Shown here: positions 31,062 through 40,914 of the stretch, piece by piece
Numbering within the stretch: position 1 is the stretch's first letter
How the letters are laid out: each line of letters starts with the position of its first letter
Assembly (NCBI GenBank): GCA_963677485.1
Contig: OY781964.1
Span: forward strand, 1,120,001 to 1,184,000
Reading direction: 5' to 3'
DNA length: 64,000 nucleotides
Origin: Armatimonadota bacterium
Lineage (GTDB): Bacteria; Armatimonadota; HRBIN16
Notes under the pieces: generated by a model
What the model was told of the DNA's origin: nothing
What the model saw: the letters and a program-made list of their open reading frames with translations, nothing else
Databases searched by the model: none
Position numbers and translations under genes: made by a program

Positions 31062-33139
31062 TGACAATGAAACTGGCTGCATTGATAGGTGTCGCTTGCT
31101 TATCATCGGCACCCTTATTTGCGCAAACAGCACTCTCCGTGAGAGCGGTCGCCAACCGACCCTCGCTGCTGTTCACCGAAGGCGAGCAGCTGAGGGTATC
31201 CGCCCGCGTGGAGGGTGGCGATGGGGCCGCTCTGGTCGATTATGCTGTGCAGGAAACAGCGGGTGCTTTGAGCCTCAAAGGAAGCATCACCGTCAAGCGC
31301 AAGGGCAGCGAAGCTGCCTCGGTCGCACTCCCTCTAGCCATCTCGGCGCGCGGCCACTACACGCTGAAACTCACCGCCCGCTGCGGCCAGCAAACCGCAG
31401 AGCACAATACGACGCTGGCGATTGTGATGAAGCCGCTGCCCACGGACATCAACTCGCCTTGGGGCATGTTTTGGATACCCACTGGAGCACCTGGCTCATC
31501 GCCAGACAAGGTCCCCACTGAGATGGCCCAGAACATGCGCATGCTGGGTGCCTCCTGGGTGCGGTTCAACTTCTGGGAGAGCGTGTATAAAGCCTCGGGG
31601 GAGCGCGGAAAAGTCTGGCTGGACATCCGCGATATGAAGCGGCAGGCCGCCGCGTTCCACAAAGCGGGGCTGCACATCTACGGTGAGTTTGCGCAGATGC
31701 CCAAAGCTCTCTCCTCCTCAACCAGCACCGCCGAAACAGGCGATGCCGGCCCGTTCTACAGCCGCGTGAAACCCAAGGACTACTCCCTGTGGGACCAGAT
31801 GGTGGAGCAGATCGCCCGCGAGTTCAGGAACGAAATCGGCGTGTGGGAAGTCTGGAACGAGGTCGATATGACCAATATCTACTGGTCAGGAACTCCAGAG
31901 GAGTATGTCGATCTGGTGGAACACACCGCCCGCGCCATCAAGAAAGGCAACCCGAACGCGCTGGTCGCCGCAGGCGGATTCACCTCCATGGCACTGGTCA
32001 ATCCCGAGTGGAAAGTGCGCACGCAGCGCATGTTCGAACTGGGACTGGGCAAGTTGATTGACATCTTCAGCATCCACTACAGCGACAGTGCGGCAACACT
32101 GGATGCATGGCAGCAGTTCCGTAGAAGCTTCAGCCTGAACCAGCCGATTTGGAACAGCGAAGAGATATCTGTGGTACCGCTGGAGAACCTCAAGCGCGGT
32201 ATCCGCTCCTTCAAGTTCCTGCATGTGGATGCGGGCTATCCGCAATACCGTGCGATGCTGCAGAAGGACTGGAGCATCACCGCAGCCGGTGTGGGATACG
32301 CCACGGCCGCACGTCTGATCGGCTCCAAGCCGTTCGAGAGTGAAAAGACCATCGGACCGTTTAGTGTGTTCACCTTCGGCAAAGATCAACCCGTGTCGGT
32401 GATCCGCCAGAACGCCAATGCACCCGGGAGGGCGAAGTTGCTGGACAACTCCACGCTGTTTGAGAAGATCGCCGTCACCGCTACACCAGCATCCGGCCAG
32501 ACCGCCCAGGTTTTCGACATACTGGGGCGCAGCACAGCACTGACCAACGGACAAGCCATCGCCGCATTCAACTACGCCGAGGCCAACCCCGAACTTTATC
32601 GTAATGTCCCGGTGTCGGAACCCTGCGTGTTCGTCACGGGTGTCAGCCAGATCACCGGCGTCATGGGCATTGCACCAGCAAAGGGGTCAAAAGCGATCGT
32701 GGCCGAGGCTGAAGATGGCCGTTTCAGCTCCCAGTGGCAGCTGAGTAACGCATCTGGCTGGTCTGGAGGGAGTTATCTGTCGCTTTTTACAGACGATGAA
32801 CCTGACAGCCAGGGGTATACCGTGATCCTTAGCTTCGACATCAGGGAAAAAGGCGAATATGAGCTATTCTTCTCCGGCAATGCGCTCTCGCGGCTGAGCA
32901 CCCCGCGCTCGCTATCGCCATTCACCTGGCAGATCGATGCCGGTGAGCAGCACCTCGCCGACAACGGCCTGCCCATGAGCGCCACCACCGGCGCACCGGA
33001 GGGGTTGAGCAAGCTGGGCCGAGTGTCACTCGACGCCGGTTCACATAGCTTCACGCTGCGCCTGACGGGGCGTCGCGATGTGCCGGATACCCACTACGCG
33101 CCCTGGTTCGACGCCATCGGGCTGGTGAAGGCGGATTGA
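31061..33139 (+). CDS. Secreted clan GH-A glycoside hydrolase (GH39/GH5-like) with C-terminal carbohydrate-binding-like domain
   Basis: Signal peptide, LGASWVR, WEVWNE (acid/base), DIFSIHY and PIWNSE (nucleophile). TAATG coupling to the upstream gene. Confidence 0.8.
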   Translation: MTMKLAALIGVACLSSAPLFAQTALSVRAVANRPSLLFTEGEQLRVSARVEGGDGAALVDYAVQETAGALSLKGSITVKRKGSEAASVALPLAISARGHYTLKLTARCGQQTAEHNTTLAIVMKPLPTDINSPWGMFWIPTGAPGSSPDKVPTEMAQNMRMLGASWVRFNFWESVYKASGERGKVWLDIRDMKRQAAAFHKAGLHIYGEFAQMPKALSSSTSTAETGDAGPFYSRVKPKDYSLWDQMVEQIAREFRNEIGVWEVWNEVDMTNIYWSGTPEEYVDLVEHTARAIKKGNPNALVAAGGFTSMALVNPEWKVRTQRMFELGLGKLIDIFSIHYSDSAATLDAWQQFRRSFSLNQPIWNSEEISVVPLENLKRGIRSFKFLHVDAGYPQYRAMLQKDWSITAAGVGYATAARLIGSKPFESEKTIGPFSVFTFGKDQPVSVIRQNANAPGRAKLLDNSTLFEKIAVTATPASGQTAQVFDILGRSTALTNGQAIAAFNYAEANPELYRNVPVSEPCVFVTGVSQITGVMGIAPAKGSKAIVAEAEDGRFSSQWQLSNASGWSGGSYLSLFTDDEPDSQGYTVILSFDIREKGEYELFFSGNALSRLSTPRSLSPFTWQIDAGEQHLADNGLPMSATTGAPEGLSKLGRVSLDAGSHSFTLRLTGRRDVPDTHYAPWFDAIGLVKAD

Positions 33140-33207
33140 GGCCGATTCAAGGGGCAGCCCCCTGTGGCTGCCCACGAAGGTTACAGGCCGCGGTTTCCGT
33201 GCCCCTC

Positions 33208-35967
33208 TCACTCCGCTGTCGGTTTGCAGTATATCCGCCAACGCACCATTTCAGAGGCATCACCCCACAGACCACCCTTCTGTATCTCCAGGCGTAAGTA
33301 GCGTGTGGTGACCGTGGGCAGCGGGTCCTGGGCGTCGAAATTGGTCTTACCTTCGCGGTGGATATCAGAAATGGCCCTCCATGCCTGCCCATCATCTGAG
33401 ATCAGATACCGGTATATCTGCGGGGTATACACGTCCCCGAAGTAGTTGGCACACCGCAACGCGCTGGTGTTGAATGTCTGGGGGGTAGACCAGGAATACT
33501 GCACCCAACGCGGCTTATCATCCCATCGGAGGGTGTAGCTCCCACCGGCGGTCCTGTTGAGCACCTTCGCCTCAGCACTCCGCACAGAACCGGTCACGAC
33601 CGCATCGGGGGCCAGATCAAGTGACGCCAGATCCGGCAGCGCGAGCATATCCTGCAGCACGCCCTCACGATACAGCTTCAGTACCGCAAGGTATTTGCCG
33701 TTCGATGTGGCCTCAGCAAGGCTAAAACCCTCGGTTCTGGGTTTGAAAAGTCGGCTCTCACGCGCGATCCCGTTACCGTCGACCAGGTTAAGGTATAACT
33801 GCTCCGCACCAACCGTGCTGGGTGAAGTCAGCCACACCCGCTCTCCGACCCGCCTCAGCTTGAGCAGCGAGGGCAAAGCCGCGATCACCGCCACATCGCA
33901 AGGCGCGATCTGCATGACGGCCTGTGCACCCTGCCTGGTCTGATCTACCCTGAGAGCGGTGAGGTTCAACAGGTCGACCCAGTGGCGATTAGCCAAAGCC
34001 GGAAGCGCAAGCATCTGCCCCGAAACGGGGTAGTCGTTGTTGTTAAACAGCGTGAAGACGGTCTTCATAGTGCTGGTAAAGCGGTTGCAGTAGACCCCGT
34101 TAGCCAGGGTAGTAACAAGTGGCTTCGGATGCGACTCTGTGAACGCATCGCGGTTATCCCGTTGAATCGAATGGATTCGACCGAGCCAGCTTTCCGGACG
34201 CCCAGCACCCTGCGTTGAAACCATATATCCCGTGCCGTTGAACAGGCAGAGCTTCAACTGGGTGTCGATCTCGCTCTGAGTGCCATCGGGTATGTCCGCG
34301 AATTTAAATTCCGGAAATACAAACCGCATGAAATGCACCGGAATTCGGTGAGCCTCCGGGGAATTCTTCAACTGGACACAGGTGTAGTCTTCCACACCGT
34401 CAAGGTAAGGAAGCAGGCCGTCAACAGCGGGACCTTCTGTATACATGGTAATGTCAGGGTTCACAGTATCAAGGCCGGCCCGCACCTTGCGCAGCAGTTC
34501 GCGGGCACCGTTCATCGCGCCATCCTGCTGAAACCGGCCGGGATTGTGTGCCGGGTTGTCTGATGTGCTTTTGTCGCCTGTTCCCCATCCCACTTCATCC
34601 AGATAGATGGAATCCAGCTTCAGATCCCTCGCCAGGCGGGTGGTTTCGCCTACCAGCCACTTGTGCCAGCCTGGGCTGCACAGCCACATGCACTGGTTGG
34701 CAAACCCCACTTGGAACTCTTTGCCCTGCATCTGCCCCCACTCGGTGCCGTGATCCTTCCAGACCTGCGTGGTCTTGGCGGCAATGTATCCCTCCACATA
34801 GTGGTTTGTCGCAATCCCTCTGCGCTTGCACTCGCTCACGAACCTCTGCAGCTCTGCCAGGCTCCAGTCATCACGGTAACCATAATCACCCAGGATGCGG
34901 TTCTTTTGCACCATGAACTGCATGTAATCGGGGGTGGGCTGTTTGTCCAGTTCGGCCAGCGCGGCATCGCAGTTCGGCTGCGCGAACAGGTCGAAGGAGC
35001 TGTGCAGGAAGCTCAACTTGGCACCTCTGTCGCGGGGTTTATACCATGTGTCGACCCAGTTACGGTAGCTCCTCAACGCATCACGCCAGTCACCGGCTCC
35101 GATACCAATCACCACCGAGGGCACAGAATAGGACTTGCCGGTCTGAAGCGGTATACGCATCCAGTTCACGGCCATGCCGATCCCTTCAGTCGCTTTGAGC
35201 GAGTTCGAAAACGGAAAGCCGTAGTCATCACGCAGTTTGATGGGGTTCACGCCCCTCTCGCGCTTGGTCAGCTCGTAGGATTTCCGCATCATGCTGCAGT
35301 CATGAGTGACCACATAGATACCGGCGGGGCGGTTCACGCCAGCCCCAGATGGATGATAAACATCCATTACCTGCATCCTGGCATACTGGCCGTAGGTTGT
35401 TGCCAATTCGATAGGTATGTCGTTCAACAGACCGCTGAACCGCGGGTGGAAATAGTATGCTTCCTCTGGCTTCGGGCCGATCTTGAGACCATCCAATACC
35501 GGAAACGCGAAGGTGGCGTCGAGTTCGCCGTTTGACTTGAGGGAGAAACACCACGTGCTTTCGAGGGTCGCATTCGTATCAATGAGCAGGTTTACCTCAA
35601 GCAGACGGTTGTCGGACTTCCAGAGCATATTCCAGGTTGTGGTGCTTCCTTTCGCCGTTCGGACGGTCTTGATGCTCCGAGTGGTGAAGTCCAGCGAGCT
35701 GATGTTCCGATTTCTGGCCTTCTGCTGGGGCGAAGGTTTGGCCTCGCGAAGTGTCGCGGCGAAGAACGGCTGAGGCACGCGCGGTTGGTAGATCGTGCTG
35801 AAGCGTCCCATGCTGCGATTTTCGATCGAGGCCACGCTGGGTTTCGTGCTGTCCAGAGTGATCTTGTAGTGCGCGTTGGACAGTTCGGTATTCGGTGTGG
35901 CGGTTACTGAGACCGAGGCAAGTGTGACAAGTGCGGTGATAATAATTACGATGGTGTGGGTTCGCAT
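33208..35967 (-). CDS. Secreted putative glycoside hydrolase (DUF6259-like) with C-terminal F5/8 type C (discoidin) domain
   Basis: Signal peptide, GDWRDAL..YR.W, DSIYLDEVG, TEGP, and C-terminal ISDDGQAW...TRYLRLEI. Confidence 0.7.
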   Translation of the reverse strand: MRTHTIVIIITALVTLASVSVTATPNTELSNAHYKITLDSTKPSVASIENRSMGRFSTIYQPRVPQPFFAATLREAKPSPQQKARNRNISSLDFTTRSIKTVRTAKGSTTTWNMLWKSDNRLLEVNLLIDTNATLESTWCFSLKSNGELDATFAFPVLDGLKIGPKPEEAYYFHPRFSGLLNDIPIELATTYGQYARMQVMDVYHPSGAGVNRPAGIYVVTHDCSMMRKSYELTKRERGVNPIKLRDDYGFPFSNSLKATEGIGMAVNWMRIPLQTGKSYSVPSVVIGIGAGDWRDALRSYRNWVDTWYKPRDRGAKLSFLHSSFDLFAQPNCDAALAELDKQPTPDYMQFMVQKNRILGDYGYRDDWSLAELQRFVSECKRRGIATNHYVEGYIAAKTTQVWKDHGTEWGQMQGKEFQVGFANQCMWLCSPGWHKWLVGETTRLARDLKLDSIYLDEVGWGTGDKSTSDNPAHNPGRFQQDGAMNGARELLRKVRAGLDTVNPDITMYTEGPAVDGLLPYLDGVEDYTCVQLKNSPEAHRIPVHFMRFVFPEFKFADIPDGTQSEIDTQLKLCLFNGTGYMVSTQGAGRPESWLGRIHSIQRDNRDAFTESHPKPLVTTLANGVYCNRFTSTMKTVFTLFNNNDYPVSGQMLALPALANRHWVDLLNLTALRVDQTRQGAQAVMQIAPCDVAVIAALPSLLKLRRVGERVWLTSPSTVGAEQLYLNLVDGNGIARESRLFKPRTEGFSLAEATSNGKYLAVLKLYREGVLQDMLALPDLASLDLAPDAVVTGSVRSAEAKVLNRTAGGSYTLRWDDKPRWVQYSWSTPQTFNTSALRCANYFGDVYTPQIYRYLISDDGQAWRAISDIHREGKTNFDAQDPLPTVTTRYLRLEIQKGGLWGDASEMVRWRIYCKPTAE

Positions 35968-36117
35968 AGCTGCTCCTGCATATGACGGATTGGATGATAC
36001 ATCATTTTACCCGTTTCGCCGCTGTGTGGGGTTGGGTTGATAGCGGGGCGGGTATTTGCAGGTGGTGTGATCCTGTCGCGTCATCAATGCCAATCTATGA
36101 CACACATATCAGCCCCC

Positions 36118-36278
36118 GTCCCGCGCCCTAAAGGACACGGCTTCTTACCCGAAAAGCCGGCTAGAAGCCGGCTGCAGGGCATCCCCCAGTCAGTGTGCGG
36201 CTGATGTATGGTGGCGGCACCCTGACTGCTTCAGCAATTTTTTTCAACAATAGCCGAGATATTTATGTCGCGGAATCG
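36118..36278. repeat. REP-like elements of two families between genes
   Basis: CCGCGCCCTAAAGGACACGGCT and AGCCGAGATATTTATGTCGCGG. Confidence 0.75.
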
Positions 36279-36364
36279 GGTAACGGATGCCCCTATTATA
36301 GTGCAATCGTATTTAGTATAATAGTCCGTCGCCTTATTATACGATGCGATAATAACGCCCCCGC

Positions 36365-37780
36365 TCACGCCGTGGCGGGCACGCCAGTCCCCACCCTGCG
36401 CCCAATGGCGTAGCACACGGCCGCAACGATCAGCCCGGGGTACATCGGCTGGATGTCCGCTGGGAACACCGGCCAGGTCGACGAGCCATGCGCAATGCCC
36501 ACCCCCAGCCAGATGCTGGAGACCACCGGACCTAAAACCATAGCTGCAAGCACCCACTTGCTATGGGCCCGCCCCGTCTGCCAGTAGCTGCCCAGCAGTG
36601 GGATCAACAGCCCGGGGATACACACCGTGCCCAGCAGATACCACAATCCGATCACGCTCTGCACTTTCCACGCCAGGAATATCGCCAGAGTGCTGACCAC
36701 CGCGATGCTCCACTTCGTCCATAGCTGCGCCACGTCCTCATTGTTGCCCTTGCGGATGCGCCACACCAGGTCGCGTCCAAAAGTCACCGCCGACATAAAG
36801 GTAAAGCTCACCACCGTGCTCATGACCGTGGCGAACATCCCCGCATAAAAGGCACCCTTGGCGCCAGATGGCAGCACCTTCTGAGCCAGCAGAGGGTAGG
36901 CGTACATCGGCTGGTCGATATGCCCCAGAATCGCCCGGCTGTAGAGGCCTGCTGTGGTGGTCATGAAGTCAAACAGAATCCAGAACAGGATACTCACCAG
37001 AATGCCTCGCTGGGCCACTTGCGGGCTTTTGGCGGCGGCACAGCGTTGGTGAAAGCCCGGATCGACCAGTGTCTGCATGGCGATGAAGAACCACACGATG
37101 GCATACGACAGGCTGTTACCGCCCAGCCAGGTGAGGTGCAGCGGGGGTAGATGCGCTTTCAGGTAGCCGTATCCGCCGTAGGTATGGAAAAGGAACGGAA
37201 GGATCACAGCGAATCCCGCGAACATGAAGATGAACTGCAGGATGTTCACCCGCACATCGCTGAGGAAACCGCCCTTGAATATGGTCAGAACGCTCAGAAG
37301 GGTGCCGCACGCCAGGCAAACCAGCATCGGCCAGCCAAACACCAGTTTGAACAGCACACCGATGATCAGCACATAAGGAGCCGGGTTGACCAGCAGAAAA
37401 GTAAGTATGGCGCCCGCCAGCCCGCAGCGTTCGCCAAACGCCTTGCGCAACTGATCGGGGATGGTCACCGCTCCGCCTGTCCGCACCTTCGGTGCCAGCC
37501 ATGCCGCGTAGATCAGCGCGAAGATGTAATAGGGCACGCCCATCACAGTCCAGTTGCTCAAGCCAGAGCCGTAGCTCCACTCCCCCACCCCAAGGATACC
37601 GCCATACCATGTAGCCACCAGTGTAGCCACAAACGCCGGCATGGTGAGAGCGCGTCCGGCCAGCAGATAGCCCTCGGAATCGTGTTTGCGTAACTGCCTC
37701 TGAGCCAGCCAGCCCACCAGCACCGCGCTGAGCATAAACAAAGTGATGACGGCGATATCTACCGCACTAAAAGTTACCAT
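36365..37780 (-). CDS. Sodium:solute symporter (SSS/SLC5) family protein, predicted thiamine transporter
   Basis: YLLAGRALT, ATLVATWYGG, TIPDQL, GG..SDV, DPGFHQRC.AAKS, A..MST. Lies in the TPP-riboswitch operon with thiN. Confidence 0.88.
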   Translation of the reverse strand: MVTFSAVDIAVITLFMLSAVLVGWLAQRQLRKHDSEGYLLAGRALTMPAFVATLVATWYGGILGVGEWSYGSGLSNWTVMGVPYYIFALIYAAWLAPKVRTGGAVTIPDQLRKAFGERCGLAGAILTFLLVNPAPYVLIIGVLFKLVFGWPMLVCLACGTLLSVLTIFKGGFLSDVRVNILQFIFMFAGFAVILPFLFHTYGGYGYLKAHLPPLHLTWLGGNSLSYAIVWFFIAMQTLVDPGFHQRCAAAKSPQVAQRGILVSILFWILFDFMTTTAGLYSRAILGHIDQPMYAYPLLAQKVLPSGAKGAFYAGMFATVMSTVVSFTFMSAVTFGRDLVWRIRKGNNEDVAQLWTKWSIAVVSTLAIFLAWKVQSVIGLWYLLGTVCIPGLLIPLLGSYWQTGRAHSKWVLAAMVLGPVVSSIWLGVGIAHGSSTWPVFPADIQPMYPGLIVAAVCYAIGRRVGTGVPATA

Positions 37781-38424
37781 TCCCAGTCAATACCTTCCAT
37801 TTCGGTGTGCATGTGTACCACAATCAATCGACCTGCGCGAAATACTACGGTGACCCGCTCTTGCGTCGCTTCGTTGCTAACTCCGCGTGTGCCCATGGGC
37901 AGAGTCTCATCGCACAACGGCCACTTCAAACCGGATGTGCAGACACCCTCCGCCTGCGGCAGGCCAAACAGCGACACAGTCTGTCCCGCTATCGTATGCA
38001 GCTCCAACGGTTCGGAAGCACAAGGAACGTAGATGCCTTCGTTGTCTGACACCATGCGAAGTGATAGCTGATCGGCCCAGTTGGACGCACAAAGCAGGTT
38101 CCCCAGCTCATGATCCAGCCGTCGGCCGGTGCCACCAAGGATGGTGACACGGGCCGACGGGTAAGACGAATAGATCGCGGTAAGGGATTTCTCAAGGTCG
38201 GTGTTCTCTTGAGTCTCCACTTTACAGAGGCAGTGCCGATACATCGTCGCGAGACCGGGGGAGAGTGAGTCGATGTCTCCCACGATCAGGTTTGGCTCCA
38301 CTCCGGCATCCAGCAGGTGGCGGGCGCCGTTGTCGGCAGCCACTACCAACTCGGAATACCTGGCACAGCGTTGGGTCAGCTCCACAGATGGAGGCTGACC
38401 GTTGAGCATCAGCAGCACTCGCAT
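37774..38424 (-). CDS. thiN: Thiamine diphosphokinase
   Basis: VVAADNGA, IVGDIDS, NTDLEKSL, GGTGRRLDH..GNL, GLKWPL, RGVSNE. Confidence 0.95.
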   Translation of the reverse strand: MRVLLMLNGQPPSVELTQRCARYSELVVAADNGARHLLDAGVEPNLIVGDIDSLSPGLATMYRHCLCKVETQENTDLEKSLTAIYSSYPSARVTILGGTGRRLDHELGNLLCASNWADQLSLRMVSDNEGIYVPCASEPLELHTIAGQTVSLFGLPQAEGVCTSGLKWPLCDETLPMGTRGVSNEATQERVTVVFRAGRLIVVHMHTEMEGIDWEW

Positions 38425-39171
38425 CTAGTCACACGCCCAGAAGTCGTCACCGCTGACCATACCCTCGACGCTGGTGCGGGAAGCATCAAATGCGCCGGAA
38501 CTCGTGATGAACTTGGCATGACCGTCGGCGAATATCATCGTGCCGCCCATGGGGTGCCACATGCTGTAGTAGTCGTAGGGATAGTCGCCGTCATAGCCAT
38601 ATTTATCACTGCCAGGCGAGGTGCGGCTGAAGAAGGGGAATATCTCGTCGCGGATGATCCGCGTCTCAGATGGGTAGGCGAAGCTGTCCAGGCTGACATC
38701 CCGCGCCTGCCAACCGGCCCCGGTGCAGACGTCCGCATTGTTCTGCGTCGACTCGCCGCAGACTATCGAATAGGCGCAGTGGCTGAAGCGGTAGCTGGAG
38801 CCGTAGGCTTGGAGATAGCTGTGCGATCCAGGCACATCGCGTCCCTGGAACGGGGTGCCCCTGTCACTGGGACAGCCGAATACATTCTTGGCTTTGCAGT
38901 AAGGCAGCAGCTCCACCTCAATGCCCTTATGGCCACTCTTGCCTGGGCCTGGATCACTGTTATATGCGTAGAAGATGGGCATCACACCATCTGAGTCTTC
39001 TGCGTACATCATAACGGCTAGACCTATCTGCTTGCCGTTACTCAGGCAGGCGGTCGCTTTGGCTTTTTCTCGTGCTTGTGCGAATACAGGGAAAAGTATG
39101 GCCGCCAGGATTGCGATGATCGCGATCACCACCAGCAGCTCTATCAATGTGAAAGCTGAGTTCCGTTTCAT
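38425..39171 (-). CDS. Prepilin-type N-terminal cleavage/methylation, DUF1559 and H-X9-DG domain protein
   Basis: [76 protein letters not shown] before ATG 39171. Confidence 0.93.
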   Translation of the reverse strand: MKRNSAFTLIELLVVIAIIAILAAILFPVFAQAREKAKATACLSNGKQIGLAVMMYAEDSDGVMPIFYAYNSDPGPGKSGHKGIEVELLPYCKAKNVFGCPSDRGTPFQGRDVPGSHSYLQAYGSSYRFSHCAYSIVCGESTQNNADVCTGAGWQARDVSLDSFAYPSETRIIRDEIFPFFSRTSPGSDKYGYDGDYPYDYYSMWHPMGGTMIFADGHAKFITSSGAFDASRTSVEGMVSGDDFWACD

Positions 39172-39189
39172 GTTAGTATATACCTCCAG

Positions 39190-39233
39190 AAAGCGAAAAC
39201 ACCACCACGCTCCTGAAGGAAGCGTCGGTGGTG
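39190..39233 (-). terminator. Riboswitch-controlled intrinsic terminator
   Basis: Minus strand reads CACCACCGACGCT-loop-AGCGTGGTGGTG then TTTTCGCTTT. The 5' arm (CGACGCTTCCT) is complementary to the aptamer 3' end (AGGAAGGCGGTCG), forming an antiterminator. Confidence 0.8.
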
Positions 39234-39248
39234 AGAACTCAACCATGC

Positions 39249-39335
39249 GACCGCCTTCCTACACCGGTACTGACCGGGTCAGGTTCCAAGGGTTTTCCCA
39301 ATTGGGATCTCAGCCGGATGGCTCCCCTGGCGGCT
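39249..39335 (-). ncRNA. TPP riboswitch (THI element)
   Basis: Minus strand reads CCGCC-AGGGGAGCC-ATCC-GGCTGAGA-TCCCAATTGGGA-AAACCCTTGGAACCTGA-CCCGGTCAGTACCGGT-GTAGGAA-GGCGG, containing the canonical GCTGAGA, ACCTGA and GTAGGAA motifs. Confidence 0.95.
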
Positions 39336-39368
39336 CACTCCATTGCGGGGGTGAACTTCGCTACTTCC

Positions 39369-39377
39369 ATTATACCA
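39369..39377 (-). promoter_or_regulatory. Extended -10 promoter of the thiamine operon
   Basis: TGGTATAAT on the minus strand about 35 nt upstream of the aptamer. Confidence 0.6.
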
Positions 39378-39400
39378 TTTCGGAACTTATCAATCCTCCG

Positions 39401-40804
39401 TTAGTGGGTGTTTCGGCCTGATGACATGCGGTTCGTGCGCCACTCGTTGAGTGCGTAAACTGCGAATATCGCAAGCAATGGCTCAATGGCCATGCGATAC
39501 CGCCACTGCCCTTGAGATAACACTGACAGGTTAGCAAACAGAATCACACTAACCACCAGGGCAGCCATATTACGCATCACCGGCTTTTTCAATGCACACA
39601 CCAAACCCCACAGCCCGCATAACACCATGACCGCCCAATATATCACTGACGCCAGTATAAACAGATATCTCCCGATCACAGGCGCATCGGCCGGTACGAC
39701 CTTGGGATAGATAGTGGCATATGGAGGCACCCAGAAGCGGGCTATACCGCAGGCCACTCCAAAGGCCCAGTCCAGAGGATAGTCTTTGATGATCGCTTTG
39801 CCTATACTTTGGTAATATTCTGCTTGTGCGAACCCATCCATTTCGGCCCCGTTGACTACCGGTGGTGCGGGATCCACCAGCCAGGCGGATGTCGATGTGC
39901 TGTCATTTCCTCTATACATCCAGGAAGGAGCACCATGCTTGCGATTGAGTTCTGCCCAGAAACTAGCCGGCATGGGATACGCTCGGGTATACATATGTGA
40001 TGGCTTAAGCTGGCCGTGAGTTCGGCTCCAATGTATTGCCGCGGCAGTCTTGGCTTCGTAGTTATATGTTTGAATTGCAGGCAGGGAGCTTAACTGTGGC
40101 GTTTTGAAAACAACGTAGTTGCGGATCATCCAACCTGCAGAACCCATGATGGTCAAAATTAACCATGCAACGATGTGGATAGGAACGATACCCATCGGTC
40201 GTTTCTGCACCCAAATATAGATCAAGATCGGAATAACTAACGACAGCATGGAGGGCCGTACTAGAATCGCAAAATCCAGCAGGATGGCACTGATGAACAA
40301 AAGTCGCCAGCCTTTAACCCTGAGCAATAGGAGCAGAGACCATAGAAATAGGAATACGCCGAGGGTCTCAGAAAATAACATCTTTGAGGTGATGATGAAG
40401 GTGGGCGATACGCCTGCTAGCAGTGCCGCAGCGATCGCTTCATTTCTCCCCATCTTATGCAGGGCTAGTAAATACACCAGGTATGAGATGCCGAAGAACA
40501 ACACAGTCTGGATCGAAATGACCGCAAGCACGCTGCCATTGGTCATCGCATATATGGCCGCGACAAATGCAGGATAACCGGGCGTTCGCTTGCATTCGGG
40601 CACCAAAGGCGCAGATAAACAGTAGGAATATGCTCCGTTGTACACCATATTTCGGGCGATACGGTTGTATCCGTCTGCGTCATCATCAAGGGCTGAATGT
40701 TGCAGCATCACACCATACCCCGCAAGCAGATTCAAACCTATTAGTAATAATGCCAGTACAACCCACAACCGCTTAACATGATGTGATTTAACTAATTCTG
40801 CCAT
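39401..40804 (-). CDS. Glycosyltransferase family 39 (ArnT/PMT-like) membrane protein
   Basis: DADGY..IA.N, RTPGYP.F.A, SETL, LVRP, W.IRNY, WRYR...EP; multiple TM segments. Confidence 0.85.
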   Translation of the reverse strand: MAELVKSHHVKRLWVVLALLLIGLNLLAGYGVMLQHSALDDDADGYNRIARNMVYNGAYSYCLSAPLVPECKRTPGYPAFVAAIYAMTNGSVLAVISIQTVLFFGISYLVYLLALHKMGRNEAIAAALLAGVSPTFIITSKMLFSETLGVFLFLWSLLLLLRVKGWRLLFISAILLDFAILVRPSMLSLVIPILIYIWVQKRPMGIVPIHIVAWLILTIMGSAGWMIRNYVVFKTPQLSSLPAIQTYNYEAKTAAAIHWSRTHGQLKPSHMYTRAYPMPASFWAELNRKHGAPSWMYRGNDSTSTSAWLVDPAPPVVNGAEMDGFAQAEYYQSIGKAIIKDYPLDWAFGVACGIARFWVPPYATIYPKVVPADAPVIGRYLFILASVIYWAVMVLCGLWGLVCALKKPVMRNMAALVVSVILFANLSVLSQGQWRYRMAIEPLLAIFAVYALNEWRTNRMSSGRNTH

Positions 40805-40914
40805 ATTTATCTCCTATAGAAAAACAAAAAAACAGGATGGCTGCGGATGCGTGGAAGAACCTGACCATGGCAGTGGGCAAAGCTGCTTCGCCCACCACCT
40901 AACCTCATAGTTGC

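Noticed and set aside
40850-40900. GAACCTGA motif suggesting a second TPP riboswitch
   Set aside because: It lacks GCTGAGA and the other conserved elements. The nearby GTGGGC..GCCCAC hairpin is better explained as a terminator-like stem after the PHP gene.
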